Origin: Candidatus Sulfomarinibacter kjeldsenii
GTDB taxonomy: Bacteria > Acidobacteriota > Thermoanaerobaculia > Thermoanaerobaculales > Sulfomarinibacteraceae
Length of the DNA: 64,000 nucleotides
Direction: 5' to 3'
NCBI GenBank assembly: GCA_014764485.1
Contig: JACXWA010000109.1
Coordinates: 12,769-76,768 of the forward strand
Translations under genes and position numbers: made by a program
Notes under the pieces: generated by a model
Database searches by the model: none
Told to the model about the DNA's origin: nothing
The model's input: only the letters and a program-made list of their open reading frames with translations
In this document: piece by piece, positions 1-8,810 of the stretch
Layout of the letters: the number at the start of each line of letters is the position of its first letter
Numbering within the stretch: position 1 is the stretch's first letter

Positions 1-82
1 AGGGTGCCATCATGTGGGGATAGACCACCATGTCCCGCAACGGAACTGCGGGAAGTTGAACGGTTGAGGATTGTGAAGTCAT
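1..82 (-). CDS. lon: Lon protease, N-terminal fragment (runs off window)
   Basis: Reverse translation from ATG at 82 gives MTSQSSTVQLPAVPLRDMVVYPHMMAP, which resembles the Lon N-terminal LPxLPLRDxVVxPxM motif. It follows clpP-clpX in the usual order. Not in the ORF track because it is truncated. Confidence 0.6.
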   Translation of the reverse strand, partial: MTSQSSTVQLPAVPLRDMVVYPHMMAP

Positions 83-145
83 ATAAAGCTCTTTTGTTGA
101 GAGGATTTTTCTCGTCCGAGGGGGGCCGACCCACCGCGGTCGATT

Positions 146-1381
146 CTAACTGACTTTGCGGACGGCGGGCAGTGGCGGCACGCGCCGTTTCACCACGTCC
201 CGCGAGATGACCAGCTCCTTGAGCTCGGGCAGGGAGGGAATCTGATACATGATGTCGAGCATCAGCTCCTCGAGGATGATCCGCAGGCCACGGGCGCCAA
301 CCTTGCGGGTGATGGCCTCCTCGGCAACGGCATCGAGAGCATTCGCGGTGAATGATAGGTCGACGCCTTCGAACGAAAGAATCGTCTCGTATTGGCGGAC
401 GAGACAGTTGCGGGGTTCGGTGAGGATTCGCACCAGCGCTTCGTGGTCCAGCTCGTACAGGTTGGCAACCACAGGAATCCGGCCGACGAACTCGGGGATC
501 ATGCCGTACCTGATGAGGTCTTCAGGGTGGACCTCGGCCAGGAGTTCGGCCGACGCTGGCTCATTACCACCAAGATCGACCCCGAATCCGAGCCGCTTCT
601 GGTTGAGGCGATCAGCGATGACCTCGTCAAGCCCGACGAAGGCGCCACCACAGATGAAGAGGATATTGGTTGTATCGATTTGAAGGAATTCCTGGTGAGG
701 GTGCTTGCGCCCACCCTGCGGTGGAACATTCGCTACAGTACCCTCGAGGATCTTGAGTAGCGCTTGTTGGACTCCCTCGCCTGAAACGTCGCGGGTAATC
801 GAGGGGTTCTCGGCCTTCCGCGCAACCTTGTCGATCTCGTCGACGTAAACGATGCCGCGCTCGGCTGCTTCCCGATCACCACCGGCCGCCTGATAAAGGC
901 GGAGGAGGATATTTTCAACGTCCTCACCCACGTATCCCGCCTCGGTCAGAGTCGTCGCATCAACAATTGTGAAAGGAACCTGGAGCTGACGAGCGAGGGT
1001 CTGCGCGAGTAGAGTCTTGCCGGTTCCGGTGGGGCCAATGAGGAGGATGTTCGACTTGGCGAGCTCGACATCGTTGCGCCCACGGTCGTTCTGATACTCG
1101 ATTCGACGGTAATGATTGTAGACCGCAACCGAGAGTTTCCTCTTGGCGGATTCCTGGCCAATCACGTATTCGTCTAGATGCTTCTTGACCTCGTGGGGTT
1201 TCGGTAATACCTGATCGCGAGCCTTGGAATCGTGAACGCGGTCCTCGGCGATGATGTCCAGACAAACCTCAACGCACTCATTGCAGATATAGACCGTAGG
1301 CCCGGCGATGAGCTTGCGCACCTCATGCTGGCTTTTGCCGCAAAAGCTGCACCGCAGCATGTCACCCTCGCGCTGGGACAT
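146..1381 (-). CDS. clpX: ATP-dependent Clp protease ATP-binding subunit ClpX
   Basis: 411 aa. N-terminal zinc ribbon CSFCGK...CNEC and Walker A GPTGTGKT; full-length ClpX-like sequence. Confidence 0.95.
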   Translation of the reverse strand: MSQREGDMLRCSFCGKSQHEVRKLIAGPTVYICNECVEVCLDIIAEDRVHDSKARDQVLPKPHEVKKHLDEYVIGQESAKRKLSVAVYNHYRRIEYQNDRGRNDVELAKSNILLIGPTGTGKTLLAQTLARQLQVPFTIVDATTLTEAGYVGEDVENILLRLYQAAGGDREAAERGIVYVDEIDKVARKAENPSITRDVSGEGVQQALLKILEGTVANVPPQGGRKHPHQEFLQIDTTNILFICGGAFVGLDEVIADRLNQKRLGFGVDLGGNEPASAELLAEVHPEDLIRYGMIPEFVGRIPVVANLYELDHEALVRILTEPRNCLVRQYETILSFEGVDLSFTANALDAVAEEAITRKVGARGLRIILEELMLDIMYQIPSLPELKELVISRDVVKRRVPPLPAVRKVS

Positions 1382-1441
1382 CAGACCCTCCTCGTCCCAT
1401 TGTATAACAAACGAACGCTTGGCACAGCGGCCACCGCTTCT

Positions 1442-2026
1442 CTATTCTCTGGAAACAATGATTTTGTCAACCAGTCCATATTCCATGGCGGCCTCGGCTT
1501 CGAGGATGAAGTCGCGGTCGGAATCAGCGTGTATTTTTTCAATCGACTGACCCGAATGAACAGAGATGATCTGGTTGAGGCGCTCACGCACCCGCACGAT
1601 GTCCTTGGCGTGGATATCGATGTCTGACGCCTGTCCCTGGAGGCCGGCCATCAATGGCTGGTGGAGAAGCACGCGCGAATGCGGCAGCGCGAATCGCTTC
1701 CCCTTGGCCCCCCCCGCGAGAAGCACTGCGCCCATCGACGCCGCCTGGCCGAGAGCGATGGTTGCGACATCTGGCTTGACGTACTGCATCGTGTCGTAGA
1801 TGGCGAGGCCGGCGGTGGTCGACCCTCCGGGAGAATTGATGTAGAGGTAGATGTCCTTCTCGGGCTTTTCCGCTTCGAGGAATAGCAGCTGTGCAATCAC
1901 CAGCGATGCCACCTGGTCGTCGATGGCGGTGCCGAGGAAAATTACGTTGTCCTTGAGAAGCCTCGAATAGATGTCATAGGCGCGTTCACCCCGACTCGTC
2001 TGCTCGACTACCATCGGTACCAGCAT
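1442..2026 (-). CDS. clpP: ATP-dependent Clp protease proteolytic subunit ClpP
   Basis: 194 aa. ClpP family sequence ([30 protein letters not shown]). Sits immediately upstream of clpX. Confidence 0.95.
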   Translation of the reverse strand: MLVPMVVEQTSRGERAYDIYSRLLKDNVIFLGTAIDDQVASLVIAQLLFLEAEKPEKDIYLYINSPGGSTTAGLAIYDTMQYVKPDVATIALGQAASMGAVLLAGGAKGKRFALPHSRVLLHQPLMAGLQGQASDIDIHAKDIVRVRERLNQIISVHSGQSIEKIHADSDRDFILEAEAAMEYGLVDKIIVSRE

Positions 2027-2028
2027 TA

Positions 2029-3309
2029 CTACACCCCCCCGCCTGCGCGGCGGATCATTTCGTCCACCGTAGCAGCGACACGCGCCGCGTGGCGGACCCG
2101 TTCCAATTTTTTCTCGGCGGCAAGATTCGCCTTGTGCTCAGCTGGAGGCACTCCGTGGCGCGCGGCCTCCGTTGCAACATAAGCGTCAACCTCTGCCTCG
2201 GGGACCGGGGTTTCCCAGGTCTCAGCAAGCTGTTCGAGAATGAGGGTATCGAGAACTTCCTGGCGCGCCGCTGGTTCCGCTTTCGCGGAAATCTCGTGCC
2301 AGTCGACCTTCTCGGGATCGAATTCCACACCCTGCATGGCCATGGTGTAAGCATAGCGGTCAAGCTGCTCTTTGAGCGTCGACTGCACGAGTGACGAGGG
2401 AAGTTCGGCCTGGTCGATTTCCGCCTCGAGGTGATCGAGAATGAACCGTCGCCAGCTGTTGCGTCGCTCACCGCGCTTCTGCTGCTCTAGGACGTCATGG
2501 ACCCTTTGCCGAAGCTCCTCGAGGTTCTCGAGGCCGATCGTGGTTGCAAGGTCATCGTCGATCTCTGGCAAGACCTTGCGCTTGAGCCCCTGCACCGAGA
2601 TGGTGTAAGTGACGGTCTTTCCGGCCTTGACGTTGTCCTCGAGATCTTCAGGAAGCACCTTCGTGGCGACGCGCTCGTCACCGATTTTTGCGCCCTGAAG
2701 AGCCTCGTTGATTTCGGGTGGCACCGAGTCTGATCCGATAATGAGGCTCGCCCCATCCTCGGTATACGGTTCCTCGTTGCTATCCTCAACGTCTCCGCGC
2801 AGATCAACTTCGGCCAGCATCCCATCACCGGCCTGGTCGCCCTCGGCCGGCTCCCACACCGCCTGTTCCTCCTGGACTTTTGCCAATTCCTCGTCGATTT
2901 CAGCCTCACTGATCTCCAAGGAGATCTCGGGCAGGTTGAGCTCTCCGAGTTCTGGCAGGTCGTACCGAGGACGCACTTCGAGCTCTGCGGTGAATGAAAA
3001 AGCTCCATCCTCCGCAAATGAGAGATCTCGAATCTGCGGATTCGTGATCGGCTCGATCTCGCTTTCGCCATCGAAGACCTCTCCCCACAGGAGGCCGGTG
3101 AGGTGTTCTTGGAGTTCGTCTCGGATTTCATCGGCAAAGCGGGCACGAACCGCCGCCGCCGGCGCCTTGCCAGGGCGAAATCCGGGCACGCTCGCCTTGC
3201 TTCGGAATTTGCGGACAATCCCATCGCGTTCGCGGTCAACTTCAGTAGATTCGAGTTGGGCCGAAATCTCGATGGTGTGATTCGCTCGGTGGGTCAGTGT
3301 GTACGGCAT
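2029..3309 (-). CDS. tig: Trigger factor
   Basis: The 452-aa track ORF was trimmed to ATG 3309 (MPYTLTH...) because its first 26 codons overlap tRNA-Leu. Contains the ribosome-binding motif GFRPGKAP. tig-clpP-clpX synteny. Confidence 0.9.
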   Translation of the reverse strand: MPYTLTHRANHTIEISAQLESTEVDRERDGIVRKFRSKASVPGFRPGKAPAAAVRARFADEIRDELQEHLTGLLWGEVFDGESEIEPITNPQIRDLSFAEDGAFSFTAELEVRPRYDLPELGELNLPEISLEISEAEIDEELAKVQEEQAVWEPAEGDQAGDGMLAEVDLRGDVEDSNEEPYTEDGASLIIGSDSVPPEINEALQGAKIGDERVATKVLPEDLEDNVKAGKTVTYTISVQGLKRKVLPEIDDDLATTIGLENLEELRQRVHDVLEQQKRGERRNSWRRFILDHLEAEIDQAELPSSLVQSTLKEQLDRYAYTMAMQGVEFDPEKVDWHEISAKAEPAARQEVLDTLILEQLAETWETPVPEAEVDAYVATEAARHGVPPAEHKANLAAEKKLERVRHAARVAATVDEMIRRAGGGV

Positions 3310-3344
3310 TTTGAAGCTCCGGCGGGGCGGTCGATTGAGAAGGC

Positions 3345-3430
3345 TGGTGCGAAAGGGGGGACTCGAACCCCCATGGGGGACCCCCACGAGATCCTAAGTC
3401 TCGCGCGTCTACCAATTCCGCCACTTTCGC
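3345..3430 (-). tRNA. tRNA-Leu (anticodon TAG), CCA encoded
   Basis: Hand-folded cloverleaf from the reverse complement GCGAAAGTGGCGGAATTGGTAGAC...GGTTCGAGTCCCCCCTTTCGCACCA. Anticodon loop CTTAGGA, long variable arm. Confidence 0.9.
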
Positions 3431-3441
3431 ATTCGGGAAAA

Positions 3442-3517
3442 TGGTGAGCCGTGGAGGAATCGAACCTCCAACCTAGTGATTAAGAGTCACTTGCTCTGCC
3501 AATTGAGCTAACGGCCC
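3442..3517 (-). tRNA. tRNA-Lys (anticodon CTT), CCA encoded
   Basis: Reverse complement GGGCCGTTAGCTCAATTGGCAGAGCAAGTGACTCTTAATCACT...GGTTCGATTCCTCCACGGCTCACCA. Anticodon loop CTCTTAA. Confidence 0.9.
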
Positions 3518-3530
3518 ACGGCCAACGGGC

Positions 3531-3559
3531 ACTATACGGAAAAATGCCCTGATGAGCAA
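3531..3559 (-). promoter_or_regulatory. Putative sigma70-type promoter for the tRNA-Lys/tRNA-Leu pair
   Basis: On the minus strand: TTGCTC, 17 nt spacer, TATAGT. The -10 ends 13 nt upstream of the tRNA-Lys 5' end. Confidence 0.4.
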
Positions 3560-3598
3560 CCCTTTTCCCGCTTCCGGAGGATCGCAGGATAATGCAGA

Positions 3599-3704
3599 CG
3601 AATGAGGAGTTAGGAATTAGGAATTAGGAATGCCGCCCACCCTCCCGGTCGCATCAAGAACAAGGGGGGCGGGTTGGAAATTCCTCATTCCTCATTCCGA
3701 ATTC
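3599..3704. repeat. Long imperfect hairpin with heptamer-repeat arms (element A)
   Basis: Left arm GGAATTAGGAATTAGGAAT (3613-3631) pairs with ATTCCTCATTCCTCATTCC (3680-3698) at 17 of 19 positions. An inner CCGCCC/GGGCGG stem is present. The element abuts the stop codon of the 3705-4412 ORF. Confidence 0.6.
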
Positions 3705-4412
3705 TTATTTGTGGACGAGGTGTTTCATCTCGGAGCTCCCGAGATCGGACTCGGCGGTAATGACGACTGCCGAGGTGCCGTCCGCAAACGCCGGCATATC
3801 GGCTTCGGCCGAGAAGGTGCCATCCTCGCCCGTTTCACCCTCGGCGAGAACCAGACGCCGCGGCTCCCCGGTCGACTTGAAGAGCACCGAAACCTTGACT
3901 CCGGCCTGTGGGGTTTGGGCGATCGAATCGACCGCCAAAACACTGATCGGTGCGAGGCCGCCATACGCGAAATCGTGTTCGATCGAAGCGCGAAGAACCA
4001 GGTGGGCCTGGTCTCGCTGCGACTCGAGGTAATCAAGAATCACCTGATCCAAAGATGGTTCCTCGCTCGTGACCGGTTCTGCCTCACGATGCGTGATGGT
4101 CGTGTCGTCGTCGGCCGCAATTTCGATTTTGCCCGTGAGGCGGGCGAGGCCACCGGAATGAACGGCGTCGACTATCGATCGGTGCTGCCGCTCCATCAAG
4201 GTAGCGATCGTCTCCCGGTCGACATCCTGTTCTACCAGGTCATCGTAAGGCGTCCGGCGAGAGTAGAGGATCTCGCCACTCGTGTAGACAAGAGACTCAA
4301 CCATCGGGTTGCCTCGTCCCTTGTCCTCGGTCTGCACGTGATATGTGGTGCCCGAGTGATCGATGTCCGTGTTGAAACCAGTCAGAACCACAGGTGACAT
4401 TCCCCTCCTCAT
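3705..4412 (-). CDS. Hypothetical protein (no domain recognised)
   Basis: 235-aa ORF with window-typical codon bias. N-terminal block FNTDIDHSGTTYHVQTEDKG. The start may instead be the second ATG at 4400 (MSPVV), which follows AGGAGG. Confidence 0.6.
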   Translation of the reverse strand: MRRGMSPVVLTGFNTDIDHSGTTYHVQTEDKGRGNPMVESLVYTSGEILYSRRTPYDDLVEQDVDRETIATLMERQHRSIVDAVHSGGLARLTGKIEIAADDDTTITHREAEPVTSEEPSLDQVILDYLESQRDQAHLVLRASIEHDFAYGGLAPISVLAVDSIAQTPQAGVKVSVLFKSTGEPRRLVLAEGETGEDGTFSAEADMPAFADGTSAVVITAESDLGSSEMKHLVHK

Positions 4413-4534
4413 AAAAGGCTAACGCGAAGGACGTCTGTGGTCAATCTCACAATGTCCGTGGTTATTCAACAACGCCGAGTTTCTGCCCCGGAGTGCCTTT
4501 TTCGGGAGGGATTTAACAGTCGTTTTACAATAGG

Positions 4535-4963
4535 TTGGTGGTTCGACTCACGATTCTCTTCGTCTGCATCGGCAACAGCTGCCGCTCACCAATGGCAGAA
4601 GCGATCGCTCGCGTCCTCGGTGGAACCATGGTCGACGCCCGATCCGCCGGTATCTCACCCCTCGGTTGGGTCTCTGAACAGACCATCGACACCCTGGAGG
4701 CCCTCGGCTATCCCTCGGCCGGTCTGTCGTCCAAAGGCCTTGACGAGGTCGATCTCGGGGGAGTGGACATCGTTCTATCTCTACTCGGGGATCGAGGGCT
4801 TGACCATGTTCCCCATAGCATCGGGGGACGCCGGGACGCATGGGTTATCACCGACCCCTTCGGTGAGGACGATGAGGTCTACAGGGAGGTCGCGCGCGAA
4901 CTCGAGCACCGCATTCGCGCACTCCTCTCCGAAGAATCAGACCTGGAACTTTTTTCCACCTGA
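4535..4963 (+). CDS. Low-molecular-weight protein-tyrosine phosphatase
   Basis: P-loop CIGNSCRS (CX5R-S) near the N-terminus and a DP general-acid motif (ITDPFG). It lacks the extra cysteines of ArsC-type reductases. TTG or GTG start. Confidence 0.8.
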   Translation: MVVRLTILFVCIGNSCRSPMAEAIARVLGGTMVDARSAGISPLGWVSEQTIDTLEALGYPSAGLSSKGLDEVDLGGVDIVLSLLGDRGLDHVPHSIGGRRDAWVITDPFGEDDEVYREVARELEHRIRALLSEESDLELFST

Positions 4964-4986
4964 GCGGTCTTATTTACCGGGACGGC

Positions 4987-5511
4987 GTGTGGCAAACTGG
5001 GTTCGTGGACTTCGATCTAGTTTACGAGCGCTTTCGGTTGCCGGTGTGGCGCCTCGCACGTCGCCTCACGACATCAGAGGAGGAAGCGCTCGACACGACG
5101 CAGGAAATCTTCCTTCGCGTGTGGCGAGGTCTCCCCGGGTTTCGGGGCGAGGCCAAGCTCTCGACCTGGGTATTCCAGATCGCCTGGAACTACCTTCGAG
5201 CGCACAGAAGAAAGATGGGCCGCAAACATCAGATCATCGGCGAGAATATCAACGCTGCTCAGGATTTGGTCGAATCAGCTGTGGACACCGGGCCTGATCC
5301 GGAACGGAGGGCACGGGCAACACAACTTCTCGATCGCATCGAGGTGGCGCTCAAAAGACTGCCCGAGCATTACCGCGTGGTGGTTTGGCTGCGCGATGGT
5401 GAGGATCTCAGCTATCAGGAGATCGCAGATGCCCTCGATGTACCAATCGGCACCGTGCGCTCACGTCTCGCCCGTGCTCGCGGCGCTCTCAAAGAAATGG
5501 TGGAGTCATGA
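4987..5511 (+). CDS. ECF (sigma-70 family) RNA polymerase sigma factor
   Basis: 174 aa. Region 2 (FLRVWRGLPGFRGEAKLSTWVFQIAWN) and region 4 (DLSYQEIADALDVPIGTVRSRLARAR) are recognisable. Confidence 0.85.
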   Translation: MWQTGFVDFDLVYERFRLPVWRLARRLTTSEEEALDTTQEIFLRVWRGLPGFRGEAKLSTWVFQIAWNYLRAHRRKMGRKHQIIGENINAAQDLVESAVDTGPDPERRARATQLLDRIEVALKRLPEHYRVVVWLRDGEDLSYQEIADALDVPIGTVRSRLARARGALKEMVES

Positions 5512-6551
5512 CGGATGAAACCATCCTCGAGATTCTGAGCCGACACTTGGACGGCGATCTCAATGCAGATGAGGAAGTCGCGCTTTCGGCCAGGCTCGAC
5601 GCTGAGCCCGCCCTGGCAAATGAGCTCGAAACCATGCGTCGCATCCGCCGCTCTGTAGCAGCCCTCGCGTCGAGCGAGCAGCTTCCACCCGAACTCGATT
5701 CTTTGGTCGATCCGCTGCTGCGCGGAAAACCGGAACCGATAGCTCTTCGTTCGTGGGCGCGGTGGCTGGCGACGGCAGCCGCTGTCGTCCTCGGTGCGAC
5801 AGTCATTATCGAAGTCAATCGCCGCAATCCCGGACCGAGCATCGAGTCCATGGCAAAACTGAGGAAGCAGGGTCATCCGGCAGAACCAACCGAGCGATTC
5901 ACCCTGGCGCCGCTACCTACGAGCTCTTTACCCGTGGAGCAGCAACCCCTCGGCGCCAGCGACCGGCTCCTGGCGAGCCCCGCTCCGGATATCGAACTCG
6001 ACGACCCCGTTGCGCTGGAGGTTCTCGGACCGCTCGAGGAGGGAGAGGTCCAAACAGTCGACGATCAGAAGATCTCGGGGGGTCCGGTCGACGAGATCCA
6101 GCCTATGGGCTCGGCCGCAGCGGAGGACAAGGGTGCGAAGAAGGGCGAGAGCCTTCGCACCACAGTCCCCGGTGAGAAGGATGACCTCGACCATGCACCG
6201 CAGCGCAAAGAATCAGACGGCGCGCTGGAGGATGGCCGCGGCGCGGCCCTACAATCGTGGGCGGCCTCACCTCCGATGGGGCAGGCTCAGCTCTTCGTCT
6301 TCGTCAACGGGAAATCTGCGTGGCGCGATTTCACTCCACCCGCCACGTGCAAAGCCGGCCGATACTCAGTCCGCATCGTTGTGGCTGGCGGTGCTGTTCG
6401 AGAGGCGAGGCCGGTTGGGGGAGCGGCATCGGCCGCCCCCTCGCAACGACTCTGCGCCGCAGGACTCATCCTCGATCTCGAGATAGACGAGGTTGCAGAC
6501 GGCGAATACCCTGCAGAGATTGTGGTGAAACCGCGCGGTTCTGGACAGTGA
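5508..6551 (+). CDS. Putative anti-sigma factor (single-pass membrane protein)
   Basis: Start overlaps the sigma factor stop (ATGA). N-terminal anti-sigma-like helix bundle (LSRHLDGDLNADEE...), one TM helix (WLATAAAVVLGATVIIEV) and an unassigned C-terminal domain. Confidence 0.6.
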   Translation: MTDETILEILSRHLDGDLNADEEVALSARLDAEPALANELETMRRIRRSVAALASSEQLPPELDSLVDPLLRGKPEPIALRSWARWLATAAAVVLGATVIIEVNRRNPGPSIESMAKLRKQGHPAEPTERFTLAPLPTSSLPVEQQPLGASDRLLASPAPDIELDDPVALEVLGPLEEGEVQTVDDQKISGGPVDEIQPMGSAAAEDKGAKKGESLRTTVPGEKDDLDHAPQRKESDGALEDGRGAALQSWAASPPMGQAQLFVFVNGKSAWRDFTPPATCKAGRYSVRIVVAGGAVREARPVGGAASAAPSQRLCAAGLILDLEIDEVADGEYPAEIVVKPRGSGQ

Positions 6552-6572
6552 CCAGATTTCGATGAACCGGTA

Positions 6573-6914
6573 TCAGAAGCTCCCGATGGCTTCTCTCTCG
6601 TCGTCAAACACATCGAAGACCGTGATCAGTTGCGTGACCTGAAGAATGTCATTGATCTTCGGCGACAAATGCATGAGCTTGAGCTGTCCACCCCGTTTTG
6701 TGACTGTGGTGTAACAGGCCACCATCTCTCCGATACCCGAGGAATCGATGGCAGTCACGCCGCCGAGGTCGAACAGGATGTTCTGCTTGTCTTCTTCGAG
6801 GGCCTGTGCGATCAGTTCGCGGATCTTGACGTCGCCGGTTCCGATGGTGATCTTGCCACCAAGTTCAATAATGCGTGTGTCGCCGATGTCACGGATGTTG
6901 CTTTTCATTTGCAT
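6573..6914 (-). CDS. STAS-domain anti-sigma-factor antagonist (SpoIIAA/RsbV-like)
   Basis: 113 aa. Typical STAS sequence with the phosphorylatable-serine motif region AIDSSGIG. Confidence 0.85.
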   Translation of the reverse strand: MQMKSNIRDIGDTRIIELGGKITIGTGDVKIRELIAQALEEDKQNILFDLGGVTAIDSSGIGEMVACYTTVTKRGGQLKLMHLSPKINDILQVTQLITVFDVFDDEREAIGSF

Positions 6915-6958
6915 TCTCTCCTTTTGCCGAGGACCATCCCAGGCCGCCTATTGCAACC

Positions 6959-7411
6959 TCAGGCCCCCGGGCGGTCATTGTCATTTGATGCGAGATCCTT
7001 GACCATCACTACGGCCGTTCCGCCGGCCGCGGTGGGACTGAAATCCACTCGGTTCATGAACTGTCGCATGTAAAAGATACCTCGTCCGCTCGGGCGCAGC
7101 AAATTCTCAGGGTCGGTCGGGTTTGGAATATCCGACGGATCGAATCCCTCGCCTTCGTCCTCCACTCTGATAGTGACAGTGGAGTTATCAATGAGATAGG
7201 CAACCCGCACCAGACGCTCGGGATCTCGCTGGTTACCGTGCCGCACAGCATTGGCCACCGCTTCTCGGAGGGCGGTAACCAACCAGTACTCTTCGTCCTC
7301 TTCGCAACCGGCTCGATGGCAGAGATCGACCAGTGCTCGTTCGGCAACCTCGATATTCTCGAAGCGACTGGCGAGCACGAGGTTCGCCTGTAGTTTTGCG
7401 TTCGTATTCAT
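6959..7411 (-). CDS. Anti-sigma regulatory factor, Ser-protein kinase (RsbW/SpoIIAB-like, HATPase_c)
   Basis: 150 aa. N-box EAVANAVRHGN, G1 DEGEGFD, G2 GRGIFYM. Confidence 0.8.
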   Translation of the reverse strand: MNTNAKLQANLVLASRFENIEVAERALVDLCHRAGCEEDEEYWLVTALREAVANAVRHGNQRDPERLVRVAYLIDNSTVTIRVEDEGEGFDPSDIPNPTDPENLLRPSGRGIFYMRQFMNRVDFSPTAAGGTAVVMVKDLASNDNDRPGA

Positions 7412-7451
7412 TGACCGAGAAAGTATAACAACGTCACGCGTCGAAACGATT

Positions 7452-7808
7452 TCAGTCTTCGTCCAAACCGTCTTCGTTTCTCGGTTCGACCATCTCCAAG
7501 ACCCACTTGTGGAAATTTTCCTCTGCGGCAGAAACCGGCATTGCGAGAATCTCCGGAAGTTCGTAAGAATGGAACTCTCGAATCGCGGAGGAGACGTCTT
7601 CGAAGAGTCTTTCCGGTGTCTTTATGAGGAGCAGGTACTCGGTGTCCTCGCAGACTTTTCCCTTCCAACGATATATAGATCGCAGGCACGGCACGATGTT
7701 GATACAAGTGGCGAGCCGTCGCGAAATCAGCTCTTCCGAAATCTCGACAGCCTGCTGTTCTGTACCCACCGAGGTCATGACGAGCGTGATTTTTTCGAGG
7801 TCGGTCAT
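7452..7808 (-). CDS. cutA: Divalent-cation tolerance protein CutA
   Basis: 118 aa. CutA1 family pattern (ATCINIVP...SIYRWKGKV...E..LLIKT...YELPEI). Confidence 0.8.
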   Translation of the reverse strand: MTDLEKITLVMTSVGTEQQAVEISEELISRRLATCINIVPCLRSIYRWKGKVCEDTEYLLLIKTPERLFEDVSSAIREFHSYELPEILAMPVSAAEENFHKWVLEMVEPRNEDGLDED

Positions 7809-7867
7809 GGCGAAACGCTAGCCGAGAACCGCTGGTGAGTCAAGGCGTTCAGTTGAAAGCAGGTCCC

Positions 7868-8476
7868 TTAGTAGCGGCGCAAAAGGCCGACCACAACACC
7901 CTGGACCTGGACATCTGCTGCCGGGGCAATCATCGTCGGCATTGTCGGATTGGCGGGCTGGAGCCGGATTGTCGAGGCGCTTTCGCGATAGATTCGTTTC
8001 AGTGTCACTTCGTCACCCACCAATGCCACCACCATCTCACCGTCCGTAACGCTCTCGTTTCGCTGGACGACGACGAGGTCACCATCGTGGACTCCATCAC
8101 CAATCATCGAATCGCCGCGCACCCGCAAGACGTAGTGATCCCCAGTGCGCAGAAAATCGGCAGGCACGAAGATCCGCTCATCACCGGCGAACGATTCGAT
8201 GGGTGCGCCCGCGGCGACCACACCAAACAGCGGTAATTCCACCGCCACTCCCGGATTTGGAGGAGAATCCGGCAGGACCAGGCCCCGCTTCTGGTGTTTT
8301 TCGCGCCGGAGGAACCCCTTGCGCTCAAGGTGGGCTACGTGTTTCTGCGCGCTGGCGGTGCTTCGAAATCCAAAAGAATCGGCAATTTCCTGTAGAGTCG
8401 GCGCCAGCCCTTCGGTCTCGATTCGCTTGGAGATGAAGTTGAGCACGTCCCGCTGGCGCTCGGTGAGGTACGTCAT
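7868..8476 (-). CDS. lexA: LexA repressor
   Basis: Track ORF trimmed to ATG 8476 (MTYLTERQRDVLNFI). Winged HTH, AAG cleavage-site region (VAAGAP), and S24 peptidase Ser/Lys (GDSM...TLKR). Confidence 0.9.
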   Translation of the reverse strand: MTYLTERQRDVLNFISKRIETEGLAPTLQEIADSFGFRSTASAQKHVAHLERKGFLRREKHQKRGLVLPDSPPNPGVAVELPLFGVVAAGAPIESFAGDERIFVPADFLRTGDHYVLRVRGDSMIGDGVHDGDLVVVQRNESVTDGEMVVALVGDEVTLKRIYRESASTIRLQPANPTMPTMIAPAADVQVQGVVVGLLRRY

Positions 8477-8607
8477 CGTTGTCCTCCCCACACCGACAAT
8501 AGGTGATAATAAGGCGTAAGTCAATCCGGTGGGCACATCTCACTAGATTTCACAAAGAGACTGCAAAATGGCGCGCCAAACGGCGCGCCAACATTGAGCA
8601 GTGGAGT

Positions 8608-8684
8608 TGGTCGGGGCGAGTGGACTTGAACCACCGGCCTCACGGTCCCGAACCGTGCGCTCTACCAGACTGAGCTACGCCCCG
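8608..8684 (-). tRNA. tRNA-Pro (anticodon CGG), CCA encoded
   Basis: Reverse complement CGGGGCGTAGCTCAGTCTGGTAGAGCGCACGGTTCGGGACCGTG...GGTTCAAGTCCACTCGCCCCGACCA. Anticodon loop TTCGGGA. Confidence 0.9.
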
Positions 8685-8694
8685 ACGGGCGGGG

Positions 8695-8723
8695 AGTCTA
8701 GCGGAAGTAGCGCGCAAAGGCAA
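8695..8723 (-). promoter_or_regulatory. Putative promoter of tRNA-Pro
   Basis: Minus strand: TTGCCT, 17 nt spacer, TAGACT. The -10 ends 10 nt upstream of the tRNA 5' end. Confidence 0.35.
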
Positions 8724-8810
8724 TATCAATCGACCGGTATGATATCCGCATTTGACACCTGTGCCCTGATCTCGTTACCGTTCGCAGCGAGTGAAAGACG
8801 GGGAGGGTGA

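Noticed and set aside
8477-8570. LexA operator upstream of lexA
   Set aside because: I looked for CTGT-N8-ACAG, GAAC-N4-GTTC, GTTC-N7-GTTC and the other published LexA motifs I know, and found none. CACC-N7-GGTG overlaps the putative promoter (TTGACT-17-TATTGT) but has no counterpart at uvrA, so I cannot support it.
8685-8810. Possible riboswitch (for example glycine) in front of the Na+-dependent transporter
   Set aside because: The 126-nt spacer is needed for the tRNA-Pro promoter and a TTGACA-type promoter. None of the conserved riboswitch cores I know are visible.
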